Of a stretch of 64,000 nt of DNA, positions 50,675 through 63,444 are shown piece after piece; position 1 is the stretch's first letter, and each line of letters starts with the position of its first letter. A program made the position numbers and the translations under genes. The DNA is from Adineta vaga (Eukaryota; Animalia; Rotifera). The stretch lies in contig CP075495.1 of NCBI GenBank assembly GCA_021613535.1, positions 1,116,001-1,180,000 on the forward strand. Reading direction: 5' to 3'. Below the pieces are notes generated by a model. The model ran no database searches. It had not been told where the DNA came from and worked only from the letters and a program-made list of their open reading frames with translations.

Positions 50675-51339
50675 TCTGATGACTTTGTTGAAAACGGAAG
50701 TATGTGTCGCTATTTAAGTATTCATTTGAAGGGTGTTATATATTAAGGTAATTATTAGCGAAATAAAACCCATAAGATAGGTTGTTTTTGAAAAAACTCG
50801 AACGAAACGTGGTTTGTTCGAAGATGAAAAGTAATATACAGGTAGATAAAAAAAAACGAAAAACAATCATTGATTTCGTACGGTTATCGTCATTTAAGGA
50901 AATAGAACAAGAAAAATGAAGGATGACTTTATGTCAATTTCTAATAAAATATTCATCTACCGATCGTTTTTTTTTAGTAAGAGAAAATTCTTTATTGTCG
51001 ACGAAATATATATATTTATTTATTTATTTGATTAAAATGTGTTCAAGAGATAATTAATTAATCACTTCGAATGATTGCGGTCGATTTAAGAAGAGTTGAG
51101 AAATAAAGAAGAAAAGGTAATGAATCTGACACACACACGACTACAGGGAGGAAACAAAAAGCAAGAGAAGAAGAAAAAAAAACAAATTTACACTGTTAAA
51201 CAGGTTCTCAATATAATCATCTGACACACACTGTTTTTCTTTTGAAATTTCTTAGTGAGCACCAACGACTAGGACAAGATTACAACTGACAAAACACAAG
51301 AAGTAAAAATCATGTTCTATCTGCGAAAAAAAACAAAAA

Positions 51340-52527
51340 CTAATTTGAATCTTCGAATATAAATAAATCCAATGATTCTTCTTCATCTTGATCAACTAAT
51401 ATACAAGATAATGACGAATCTGATGATGAACATGATGCACTTTTGCTAGTTTTTCCATTAATATCATTGATAGATTTTGGTGTACAAGGAACAACACAAA
51501 ATAATAATACAAGAATATCATCACGTTTTATTCGAGCTAAAAGACAATTATATTCAAATATTTGATTTGTTCAATTCAAATTAAATTTACCATGACACGC
51601 TGATTGAACAAGAATTTGACAAATATTCTGCAATGATTCCACTGAGATTTGATCATCCTATTATGAAAGAATGAAACTATATATATATATTTTAGATTGA
51701 ATTTTAAAATTCAACTTACTAAATGATTATTTATAATTTGAACAATAAAATCTTCATAAAGATTATCAAAAAGTCCATCTGATGCAATTAATAATAAATC
51801 ACCTATTTCTAAATTATGTTCAATATATTCTCCATCACTTGGTCTTAAAATCATTTTAAAATTTTATAGAAATTCAACTAAAATTTCTTAACATACTTAT
51901 CATGATAAAGTCTCGTTGTATTTGATGAAAAGATTTGTGTCGTTGGAAAAGATGATAATTGAAATGGTGATGAACCACGATGATATTGTGGATTTGAACG
52001 AATAATTAATTTATTTTGTCGAATTAACATAAAACCACTATCACCAATATTGAGTGAACGAAGATATGAACAACGTTTATCAATTGACAATAAACAAAGT
52101 GTAGCACTACCAAATATCGAACGTTTTTCTACGCAACGTATAGCACGATGAACAAGACCACGCATAGATGATGAACCAATAATTCGTTCAGTTTCATCAG
52201 CACATGAACTTATTAATGTATGAGCAAATTTGTACGGATCAAGACCATGATGACGATTTCCACTGACTCCATCTGCTAAACCTTAAATTTGTTTTCAAAA
52301 TAGAAGAAGAATAAAAACAAAATTCGCTTTTAATTATGAATATTACCAATAAGAATATGATCATCGGATTGTTTAACAAATGCTACATCATCACCATATG
52401 GTCCAGATAGAAGAATAGATTCTTCTTCTAATTTTGATTGATCACAATTTATTTTATTTGTATCTTGTTTAGATATTCCATTCCAAGAACATTTCAATCC
52501 AATATATACAGATGAACTTTCCAACAT
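51340..52527 (-). CDS. PP2C-family phosphatase, PTC7/PPTC7-like
   Basis: Five exons. YGDDVAF, GLADGVSG, GSAT, NIGDSGF, PFQLS, ASDGLFDNL and KRDDILV. Confidence 0.88.
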
Positions 52528-52795
52528 TGAATCTTTATTTATTAGACAAATAAAACATTTCTCAGTCTCAACATCTTTTATTTATATTGATATGTTTTTT
52601 TCTCACATATCCAATCAGATCTATTGGATATTTATTCACAGATGTCTCTGTTGTTCGACTAAAAACAAAAATATCGAAACTAACTTCCGATAATAACAAA
52701 TAGAGATTACTCGATAGTAGACTCATTATAGTCGAATGTTGACTAACATATGATTTCGATTGTCTTTTGTTAAGTAACATCTTTTTTGGAGAGTA

Positions 52796-53365
52796 ATGGA
52801 CTGGTGGTTTTATTCACTATGGGATATTCTTCCTGTACCAATTCTTCTTGGAATGTTCATATGGACTTTTTCAATGTGTCTTTTTTCTGTATTTTTACTT
52901 GTGATCGTTATTCTACTCCATCAACGGTTTGTCTCTTTTGCTTTTTTTCTTGAAAAAAATATCTATTTGAAAAATAATTTCAGTGCTACACCACCAATAG
53001 CTGAATTAATTTCTATGAAAAAAGATCAATCAATTGATGAAACAATTCCAAAAGGAGGATTCAGTTGTGATAGTTTATCATTGATATCACTTCAAACAAC
53101 ACAAAATGATAATGAAGATCCAATAAGTTCATTTTATTTACGTAATTGTCAATGTACAAAAGAAAATGAAAAAATGCATTCATTACCATCAATTAAATTA
53201 CGTCCAATAATAGATCAAGAAAAACAAATGAATACTTTACCAACACAATTATCAACACGACGTTCAATAATACGAGATTTAACTTTGGTATCCAATTCAT
53301 TTATGGATAAAAAAACTCATCATTCAATTGATTCACTTTTCTCGAAAGACTCTCTTATCGAATGA
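52796..53365 (+). CDS. Hypothetical membrane protein (N-terminal TM, disordered tail), probably with one in-frame intron at about 52928-52984
   Basis: Long hydrophobic N-terminus. A GTTTGT..TTTCAG intron-like segment keeps the frame. Oriented divergently from the PP2C gene. Confidence 0.55.
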   Translation: MDWWFYSLWDILPVPILLGMFIWTFSMCLFSVFLLVIVILLHQRFVSFAFFLEKNIYLKNNFSATPPIAELISMKKDQSIDETIPKGGFSCDSLSLISLQTTQNDNEDPISSFYLRNCQCTKENEKMHSLPSIKLRPIIDQEKQMNTLPTQLSTRRSIIRDLTLVSNSFMDKKTHHSIDSLFSKDSLIE

Positions 53366-53530
53366 TTTATTTTGCTTCTATTTCATCATATAGATTTTCT
53401 TATTAGATAGAATAGGAATAGGTTTTTTTTTATTTTGAAAAAATCATTTAGGAAAGAAAAATGCTTGTTTGTCGAAAAGATAATTGTCTTTAAAAGAAGG
53501 AAATGTCTTGTTTTGTTTTTTAATTTCATT

Positions 53531-54139
53531 TTAAAAAAGAAGTCTCATTAATCCATTGAGACCATTACCCCAATGGAAACATGTGTATAATGCCATTGAC
53601 CATAATGTTAAAAGAGCTGCATCAAGAGTTAACGCTCCATAAAGACGACCTTTTGAACCTGCTCGACGATAACCTTGTGAATAGATTTCACGTCCAACTA
53701 TATAGACAAGTCCTGTTAAAAATGCAATACGTGTATAGGAGAGACCAGCTATTAATAATGGCACAATGACAGCAAAACCACCCTAAATATATGTATTAAA
53801 GAGATATTTTTGAGTTAAATAAAAAGTAAATCTTACTTCAAGATAATTCATATGCGCACGTCGATAATTATTAAAAGTAAACCATTCTTCATCAGTCAAC
53901 TTGTCAGCTAATCGACCTTGTCCATCATCAGGATAACCACCATCAGGTTTCATTACTCCTGCTAATTGTTTGTATTGAGGAAAATGTCTTTCATAAAATT
54001 CTTTTGAAAAATATCGTTTTCGTACTGAAGCCATCATCATTCCAGTAACTATCATATGAATACATATGACTACGACTTCCAATAATATCCATGCGTATCC
54101 TTCGGCAAGAACGATTTTTGTTTCAGTAATAGGAGCCAT
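53531..54139 (-). CDS. MAPEG-family protein (microsomal glutathione S-transferase 3-like)
   Basis: Exons 54139-53837 and 53782-53531. GGYPDDGQGR, FNNYRRAHMNYLE and GREIYSQGY..GRLYG. Confidence 0.9.
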
Positions 54140-54210
54140 CTAGAAATAAAAATAAAGATAGATCATTTTTAAACTATTGCTTGAACGAAAGAATGTTCTG
54201 AAATATAAGT

Positions 54211-54767
54211 TTATTTCTGATGAAATTCATGGAAAATTGTTAAAAGTTTTGATCGAAATTGTTGATCAATTGGATGCGGACGATGAGTTATTCTATTAAC
54301 GAAAACATGAGTGAATCCACCAACAGCAGCAGCTTTTGTAGTTTGATTATTAGCAAATATTCCAACTTGATAATCAACTGATGATTTTCCGATCTTTTTT
54401 ATCAATAAACCAGCTGATATTATTGATGGATAAGATGTCGGAGAATAATATTCACAATATGAAGAAACTACAAAACCAATTGATGAAGATTGTAATGGTT
54501 GTAATGAACATTTTTCAATTAAATATTTATTAACAATCGTATCGATCCATTCACCATACACCACATTATTCACATGTCCATAAATATCATTGTCACGCCA
54601 TCTAATTTAATTTTAAGTTTTGTTTATCTATACAAAACAACTTACCTTGTTTGAATATCAATAAAATATTTGTATAATGAACGATCTCGATATTCAGATA
54701 ATGATGAAAGACTTTTTTCACGTTTTAATATTTGAAAACATGGACGAACTACTCGACATAGCGACAT
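54211..54767 (-). CDS. 4HBT-like hotdog-fold acyl-CoA thioesterase with putative mitochondrial presequence
   Basis: Exons about 54767-54646 and 54602-54211. IQTR|WRDNDIYGHVNNVVY, IGKSSVDYQVGIF and GGFTHVFVNR. Confidence 0.88.
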
Positions 54768-55358
54768 TTTGAAAAACACATAAATATTATTCTTATCTAT
54801 CATTTTCTAACTGTTCCATTAGGGTCCATTTATCCAATGAATATTTACTTTGTGAATTATGAATAAAAATACATTTTAATAGATTTTATATAGATGTCGC
54901 TAGCATCATCTCAGAAGCTTTAGAGTTTACATAGAAGATGTGGCACTTAAAGGATAAAAGTTTGAAATCACCATATCTCCCCATATAGACTTTTATATAA
55001 TGACAGTTAGAATATGTCGATAATTAATTTATCTCATGAGCTTAAATATAGCCATCGGTTACAAATAAACCAAAAAGAGTCAAAATAATATAGTGATTTC
55101 AATTTAATTGTGTAGTTATAATTAAATAATACCCAGATATATATATATTGTAAACTTCATCGGATAAGTTATTTGTATCGTGCTCATAGAAATTGTGATG
55201 TCTCGTATTTGTACTAACAGCTCTGTTCAATTGACTGATGTCAATTTTTTAATTAGTATATGAGTATTATAATAAATATATTTAAAGAAAAAGAAGTAGT
55301 TCTGACTATCAATAAACATTATAAAATAAATCGGTTACAAACGAACAAAACTGAATGT

Positions 55359-56333
55359 TTAGTTTTTAATATTCATCTTTGCATTCTTGACATTAATAAC
55401 TATTGAAAAATGTTGAACTTGATTTGTTTTAATTGGATATATTTTTCTGTAGAAAAGAAAACTATTAGCTTCTTTTCGGAATGTTTTCGACGAAATATAA
55501 AAAACGAAAAATTGACAGGAAAATGCCATGTAGAAGATTAATGTAAAGATATTTGTTAAAATACTTTCAATAAATTTTTGATCAATAGATTTAATTATGG
55601 TTGTTGTAAATGTAGAATATAATGTAAATGTAATATAAGGTAAAGTTGAAAAAAGAATACATGGAATTTGTATAAGCATCATTTTTGTTAATCGTTTTTG
55701 AATTAATTGACGTTGTTGTCCTTGACGTAATCGATTTGTATTTCTATATGTTAATATACCTGTTATTGTTAAAATTGTTGTTGGAAATATACCAAGATAG
55801 AAAAGAAGTGCAACATATATTCGATAATTCGCATATTCTTTATTTGGTAAAAGTGAACAGGAGATTAGACCTGTACTTGAACTTTCAATTAATTCGGCAT
55901 AAACTAAATAAGGAATAGAATGACCAAACCAAAAAAGAATGGTTAAACAAACAGATAATTTTGCTAAAGATAATCGACTGAATCGACGATATTTTTCTTG
56001 TCTACAACTTGCAAAAAATCGATCCAAACTTGCTAGACAAACACATGTTAATGAGATTAGAAAACTTGCTTGAGTGAAAGCAATACGTGTTTTACACCAA
56101 ATAACATTTGTTGTTGACCAATCGAGTTCAAAACCGACGCTAAGAATTCGCGTAAATAAACCATAAAATAATACAATACAATTAACAATGGATGAAGACA
56201 AAAATATAAATACACATGGATTTTTTCGTGTTCGCCATAGTGAAAGAAAATTAAGTAGATTACCTATTGTACCAACAATAAATATTGGTAAACCACCATA
56301 GAGTGTGATGGAACGTATTAAATAAGAAGACAT
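55359..56333 (-). CDS. Rhodopsin-like 7TM GPCR
   Basis: GTIGNLLN, WCKTR, LASLDRF and FFVFYISSKTFRKE. Paralog of the GPCR at 42551-43498. Confidence 0.9.
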   Translation of the reverse strand: MSSYLIRSITLYGGLPIFIVGTIGNLLNFLSLWRTRKNPCVFIFLSSSIVNCIVLFYGLFTRILSVGFELDWSTTNVIWCKTRIAFTQASFLISLTCVCLASLDRFFASCRQEKYRRFSRLSLAKLSVCLTILFWFGHSIPYLVYAELIESSSTGLISCSLLPNKEYANYRIYVALLFYLGIFPTTILTITGILTYRNTNRLRQGQQRQLIQKRLTKMMLIQIPCILFSTLPYITFTLYSTFTTTIIKSIDQKFIESILTNIFTLIFYMAFSCQFFVFYISSKTFRKEANSFLFYRKIYPIKTNQVQHFSIVINVKNAKMNIKN

Positions 56334-57162
56334 TTTTTTTAGATAATTTATTCTGAAATTTAGAAAACGACAATAATATTACTTTCATTTTCTTGTCAGG
56401 ACTTCATATACTTATATAAATACAGTCTTTATCAATCCTTCAGGGATTGTCTCATCAAAATAATAAAACCAGAAAAAGTTGATTATAAAACTATATAATG
56501 ATACGAATATTCTAGTAGTACAAAAGTTACGTAGATGTTAAAAAGAAACTAATATAATAACTGCGATGTATAATTTTTAATTTCTTAAAATACTTTGATT
56601 CATCGTGGTATAGGATACTTAATTCTATGATCGTCATGATTACATAGAAGAGTATGAGACCCTGTAATTATATCACGCGCAAAAGTGGGCCATATGCTGA
56701 GAAGTCATTTAGCATGTGCTCAGATTTTATATTGTTAACATTATCGGTATTGTTTATCATGCACGATATTCGAAAGAGTTCATGCAAATAATTGTTGTGC
56801 GTAGTAAAAAGTAGTTTCGTGGAAAGCATTCGATGATGCAAAATTCAGAAATTCATAGGAAAAAGTAGTAAAAATTTGAATTTTGTGTGTATGTTATTTA
56901 TGTATGTAATAATTGACTGTTAAATATTTGAATTTGAGTTAAAATAATAATATTTTATGGTGATTATATTAATCGTCATTCGGTGACATCTGGAACGAAT
57001 CTGTTTAAATGGAGAAATAGTCTTCTATACATAAACAAAAGCAACAGAAAAACAAAACCATATACGATTACTTCTACTATATTGTATCACATGTTTTCGA
57101 GTACAAATCAATGTCGATAGAGTGCAAATAAAATGAATTTATTCTATTTGTAGATATTTCAA

Positions 57163-60100
57163 ATGAGTACAATGAATACTGAACAAGTTCGCATAATAAT
57201 TTTAAATGAAGGCGAAGATAAAAGCGAAGAATTATATCGAATGAAAAAAGGTTGGGTACTTCAAATAAAAGTTGCATTTAATTTATCATGGAGAAAAGTT
57301 CGAATCTTTACAAATGCTTGTTTAAATGAAGAAGATCAATTTGTACGTTCAAATTATCATGAATTGAAATGGGTCTATCCATCATCCGGTAAATATGATG
57401 ATTCAGATCGATATGTTTTTCTTTCATGCTGTAAATCCGGTACATTTCATTATTATTTTACGATCGATGGAACAACGTATGTAATATAAACATAAGTTTA
57501 ACAAAGAAAACAAAATAAATCTTCATCTGTTTTAGAAATATTCAAAATACGAATGGACAAGGTTATTTTCAAATTGAACCTGAAATGATTATTCCCGATG
57601 GAAGTGGCGATATATTGCATCAAGATTATATTACTTGTCAATCAGTTTTATCCAAATCTTTAGGTCCAGTTTCTGAATGGGGATCACGTCTTGAAGTTGC
57701 ATATCATTCCGGTTATAATATGATACATTTTACACCCATTCAATTACTTTATCATGTATCAAATTCATCATATGCTGTTACAGATCATCATAAATTAAAT
57801 CCATTATTTCAAGGAACACATGAACAAGTCAAAGAAGTTATTGATATGATGGCCAAAAAATGGAAAATCTTATCAGTTACTGATCTTGTTTATAATCATG
57901 CAGCCAATGATTGTGCATTACTTCGCGATCATCCTGAAGCAGCATATAATTTAATTAATTCACCACATTTAAAACCAGCTGTACTACTCGATTCAATTTT
58001 TATGCAATTTACACGTGATGCAAGTGAAGGTAAACTTCAATCTAAAGGTATTTCAGCTGAAATCAAAGAACATCATTTACAATTAATTCGTCATTATTTT
58101 CTCGATGAAGAATTTCCAAAATATCGCTTTTGGGAATTCTATATTTGTGATACAAAAGCTCTTGTTGAAACATTTCGTCAACGTCTAATGAAATTAAATG
58201 AATGTCCACAGACTCGTTTATATAATGATGAATCTATTATTCGTATTGAGCATGGTAAATATGAACGAATGAAAAGTACAATTAATCTTGATTATGCTGA
58301 GAAAGTTTATTTTTATCAACGTGAATCTGGTCGAACAAAAGATGATTATATTAATAATGCATGTGATGCATTACGTGATCGACTTCATTATTTAAATCAT
58401 TTAAAATGCGAAAAATTAAATGAACATTTAAATCGAGCTGTTGACAATTGTTTAGCATCATGTCGTTATCATTTTTTCTCATATGATGGACCCAATTTTA
58501 AAAAATTAGCTTTACCAGCCGCACCATTCGTTGGAAATTACTTTCATTATCCCAATGATGAATTCAAACATCCTGATGAAATTGATCAATTAATTCATAA
58601 GGATACTTATTATCAAGCATATGTCATGGCACATAATGGTTGGGTGATGAATGATGATCCTCTTCGATGTTTTGCTGATGAAGGTTAGTTTTGTTTGTTT
58701 GTTTTTTTGTATATCAATATCTTGTTTTTCTCTTTCTCATAGGACAAGATGTTTATTTACGTCGAGATCTTCTTCAATGGTCTGATATTATTAAACTTCG
58801 ATTTGGTTCAAAACGTGAAGATTGTCCTGCATTATATGATTATATGAAAGAATATACACGATTAATTGCAACTACATTTCATGGTTGTCGTCTTGATAAT
58901 TGTCATTCGACACCATTATGGTTAGCACAAGAAATGATGGATTATGCAAGAGAAATCAATCCAAATTTTTATATTAATGCAGAGTTATTTACAGGAAATA
59001 TCAAAACTGATACAAAATTTATTAATCAAATTGGAATTAATTCCTTAGTCAGAGAATCATATCGTGCATTTGATCCATATGAATTAGGACAAATTACATC
59101 GTCTGTTAGTGAAGGTGATCCTCTTGGTTCATTTATTCAACTAAATAAACGTTTATTAGAACAAGTTAAACCATATTCATGGTATTATGATCAAACACAT
59201 GATAATCCATGTCAATTGGAAAGACGATCAGTTGAAGATGTTCTTCCACGTTCTGCTATTGTTGCTATGGCAAATTGTTCAACTGGTTCAAATCGTGGTT
59301 ATGATGAATTAGTTCCACATCATATTGATGTTGTTCATGAAACGAGATTTTATCCGAAATGGGGCCCAAATGATCGAGATACAAATGAAAAGATTGGAAT
59401 GGTTACATTAAAAAAAGCTTTAAATAAATTACATGCTCAGTTAGCAAAAGAAGGTTATACACAGGTTAGTGTCAAATAATGATTCTCGGATAGACTTTAA
59501 TATTTGAGTTTTTCTTCTTCTCTCTAGTTATTGATTGATCAATTGTCAACATCAGTATTATTATTAACACGTCATAATCCATCAAATCATAAATCCGTAT
59601 TATTAGTTGCATATACATCATTTTTACAACCAAACGATCGATGGGATCGTTTAAGTCCATTATCCCTTCAAGGTGTTATTGATGAAGTTATTCTCGAAGG
59701 TTCATTAAGTCATCCACAAGATAAAGAACCCGTCAAAGAATTTCAAAGATCAAAAGAATATATCAATGGTCTTCGTCAAACTAAAGTAATTGTCAATGAA
59801 AATGTATCAATCGAAAAAAGTGAATTTCTTCGTTTAACATCACCAAATAGTCGTGATTATAATGATTTTCGTACAATTGAATTCACTGAAAACTTTCGTC
59901 CTGGTTCAATTGTTGCTATTCAAGTATCACTTCTTCCACAAATTCATCAATCAGTTATCAATATTGAACAAATTAATAATCAATTTTCTAATCCAACAAG
60001 TCAATTTAATCAAATTATTAAAGATTTAACATTAGTTGATCTTGAACGTGTTCTCTATCGTGCATCTGTTGAAGAAGAATCGGATGGAAAAGGTTTTGAT

Positions 60101-62152
60101 GTCTATACAATACCAGATTATGGCAAACTTGTTTATTGTGGTTTACATGGTATTATACCTGTTCTAGAAAGAGTTCGAAATTCAAATGAAATTAAACATC
60201 CATTAGTTATTAATTTAAAACAAGGAAATTGGTTAATGGAATATACAGCTAATCGATTGAAAATCTTTCCAAGTACAAAACAAGTTCGTTTCTTAAAATA
60301 AATTTATAAGAGAATAAATATCATCTTTTCTTTTACTTTTAGTTAGGTGATTGGTATGAGAATGTATTTAATTTAATTGGAAGATTATCACGTTTAATGG
60401 TACCATCGTATTTTGATTTAATTATACGTAATTCATATGAGAAATTAATTGAACATAGTATAGCATTACAAAGTCAATTTATTCGTGGATCATCGAAATT
60501 TGTTCATGATTTATCTCAATCAAGTATTCAATTAATGAGTATTGTAAGAAATGCACGTTTACCATTATTATCACCAAATTTACAAGAACCACGACCAAAT
60601 GAAGAAGTTGATGAACAAACACGTGAACGTGTTCAATTATGTCCATCATTAGCTGCTGGTTTTCCACATTTTGGCGCAGGCATATGGAGAAATTGGGGTC
60701 GTGATACATTCATATCTTTACGTGGTCTTCTTCTTCTAACTGGTCGATATGAAGAAGCACGTTATTTAATCTTATCTTATGGCGGATGTCTTCGTCATGG
60801 TTTAATTCCAAATCTTTTAGGTGATGGTAAAATTGCTCGTTATAATGCGCGTGATGCTGTTTGGTGGTGGTTATATTCAATTTCATGTTATACACGTACA
60901 GTACCCGATGGACATGATATTCTATCAGATAAAGTTTCACGTTTATATCCAACAAATGATAGTCCAATTCAAGCAGCTGGTACACATGATCAAGCTTTAT
61001 ATGATGTTATTCATGAAGTTCTTCTTCGTCATCTTCAATCATTAACCTATCGTGAACGTGGAGCAGGACATTCATTAGATATGGATATGAAAGATGAAGG
61101 TTTTAATAATCGAATTAGTATTGATATAAAAACAGGATTTGTCGAAGGAGGAAATAAATGGAATTGTGGAACATGGATGGATAAAATGGGTTCAAGTGAT
61201 CGAGCAGAAAATAAAGGTCATCCAGCTACACCACGTGATGGTTCAGCTGTTGAATTAGTTGGATTATGTCGAGCAACATTGGCATGGATTGTAGATATGA
61301 ATAAAGAAGGACATTATCCTTATGATTCAATAGATACATCAACAGGTATGAATCTTCTTTTTTAATCTCTATTTAATTTGATCAAATGATATTTTAGGTT
61401 CAGGAGGAAAAGTGAAATTACTTTTTACAGATTGGATTAATAAAATTGATGAAAATTTTGAAAAAGAATTTTATATTGATCAAAGCAATTCATCACAATA
61501 TGTTAATCGAAGAGATATTTATAAAGATACACTTAATTCATCAAATGGATGGACTGATTTTCAATTACGTCCTAATTTTCTCGTTGCAGCTGTTGTTGTA
61601 TGTTTAACTTTTGCTTTTTTTTTTCAAATCTTCTTCTTCTACTTTTTCAAGGCTCCTGAAATGTTCGATAAAAAACATATTTGGTTAGCATTAAAACAAG
61701 TTGAAACAATTCTTCTAGGACCATATGGAGTGAAAACACTTGATCCAAGGTTAGTTTCTCTTGAATTTTGTTAATAATTCTTCTCTTATTTTTTTTGCAG
61801 TGATTTCAATTATGTTGGTGATTATGTTAATGATGATGATTCATATGATTTTAAACGAGCACGTGGATTTAATTATCATAATGGTCCTGAATGGTTATGG
61901 TTAACTGGTTATTATATTCGAGCAAAACTTTATTGGTCAAAACAACAAGATGATCCTTTAATTGTTAAACAAACAATCAAGCATTTAAGAAAATTATTAG
62001 CATCACATATGGAATTATTATCTTCAAATGATTGGAAAGGTTTACCTGAATTGACAAATGCAGAAGGACGACCATGTCCATATTCATGTAATGCTCAAGC
62101 ATGGTCTGCATCGACACTTATCGAAGCTTTCTTTGATTTAACACGATCGTAG
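57163..62152 (+). CDS. AGL: Glycogen debranching enzyme (4-alpha-glucanotransferase/amylo-1,6-glucosidase)
   Basis: Eight exons. SGYNMIHFTP, TDLVYNH, AHNGWV, RLDNCHSTP, AELFTG, DQTHDN, RNWGRDTFISLRG, TWMDKMG, YHNGPEWLW and QAWS. Confidence 0.97.
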
Positions 62153-62439
62153 ATATTTACCTTTATAGTATTTAATCTCATCAAAATAGAAGAAAACAAA
62201 AAACCCGGCACTACCTTTATTTTCTTAGTCATTTAGGAACTTTAACGTTTTTTTTTCTCTCAAATTATTTAACGAAGATTAGTTTAGTCAACGACGAATT
62301 CTCTTGTTAGATTCAATTGTTTAACAATTAGATCATAACAACTCATAGTTTTTATTATTTTATTGTATTTTATTAGACAAGCTTTCAATAAAAAACAGAT
62401 TCAGTTTATTTTAATTGAAATATCACATTTCAAATAGTT

Positions 62440-63444
62440 TCAATATTCATATAAATCCCATTTATCTTGCCATTCTAATGTAATATTTGTATCTGAATGA
62501 AATGTAAATGGTAACCATATATAACTTGCATTCAATAGATTTGGATAATTCCAACGATCTCCCATATAAATATAAACAGATGTTCCTGGATATTTTCTCG
62601 AAGGATATGTTAGAACAAATGTTGATTGAGAATTAAATGTTGTTTGTGACTGTGTTGGATTACCTAAATATAACCATTCAGCATGTTGTAAATTATCTTG
62701 ATTACTAATAAATAATTCTGCAGGATTCGGATTCCATCCTGTTAAATGACTTGTCATCATATAATAATGATTATTACGATAGAATATTGCAAGACCTTCT
62801 CTTGGTTGATTAATTCGACTTGTAATACCAGTTGTATTTAAATAATCATCTGTTAATTTACTTATTCCAACATATTCATTATTACATGAACGAACAAAAT
62901 AAACACCTTGAACTATTCCATTACGTTTATCTTCATAAAGATTCATATCTAATGATGGAATACCATCAGGTCGAAATGCATCAATAAATGTAAATGTTTC
63001 ATTTGGTTTTGATGAAGTTGCAACACCTACATATCGATATTGATAATCACTACTATCAAGATGAAACCACATAACATATAATCTAGTTAAAGGATTCCAA
63101 ACTACTTTTGGTCGTTCAATAACATATGGACCGGAAAGATTTCTAATGAATACTTCTTTTTGTCCGAGTACTTCACCGATATTAATCCAATTAATCAGAT
63201 CTTTTGAATGATAACAATTAACACCATGATCCGATAGTGTCGAGGTTTTAAGAGATTCTCCATACCACCAATATGAATTATCATTCGGATCAATAAGAAT
63301 TCCAGCTGCATGACTTTGAATAGATTTACCATCAGTATCATTCCAAACAGCACCTGGATAAATATATCCTGAATCAAATAATGAACTATAACAATCACTG
63401 ATGATCATCATCATCAGTATTATAAGAAAGAAGATCATCTGCAT
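62440..63444 (-). CDS. Secreted glycoside hydrolase family 43, subfamily 24-like (exo-beta-1,3-galactanase)
   Basis: Signal peptide, PGAVWNDTDGKSIQSH, YWWYGE, VNCYHSKDLINW, IERPKV, VMWFHLD, TGWNPN, TFNSQSTFV and YMGDRW..YIWLP. Intronless. Confidence 0.9.
   Translation of the reverse strand: MQMIFFLIILMMMIISDCYSSLFDSGYIYPGAVWNDTDGKSIQSHAAGILIDPNDNSYWWYGESLKTSTLSDHGVNCYHSKDLINWINIGEVLGQKEVFIRNLSGPYVIERPKVVWNPLTRLYVMWFHLDSSDYQYRYVGVATSSKPNETFTFIDAFRPDGIPSLDMNLYEDKRNGIVQGVYFVRSCNNEYVGISKLTDDYLNTTGITSRINQPREGLAIFYRNNHYYMMTSHLTGWNPNPAELFISNQDNLQHAEWLYLGNPTQSQTTFNSQSTFVLTYPSRKYPGTSVYIYMGDRWNYPNLLNASYIWLPFTFHSDTNITLEWQDKWDLYEY

Noticed and set aside
56655-56665. GAGACCCTG(TA) motif resembling a Tc1/mariner end, also seen near 9587
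   Set aside because: The match is only about 11 bp and no partner TIR was found.
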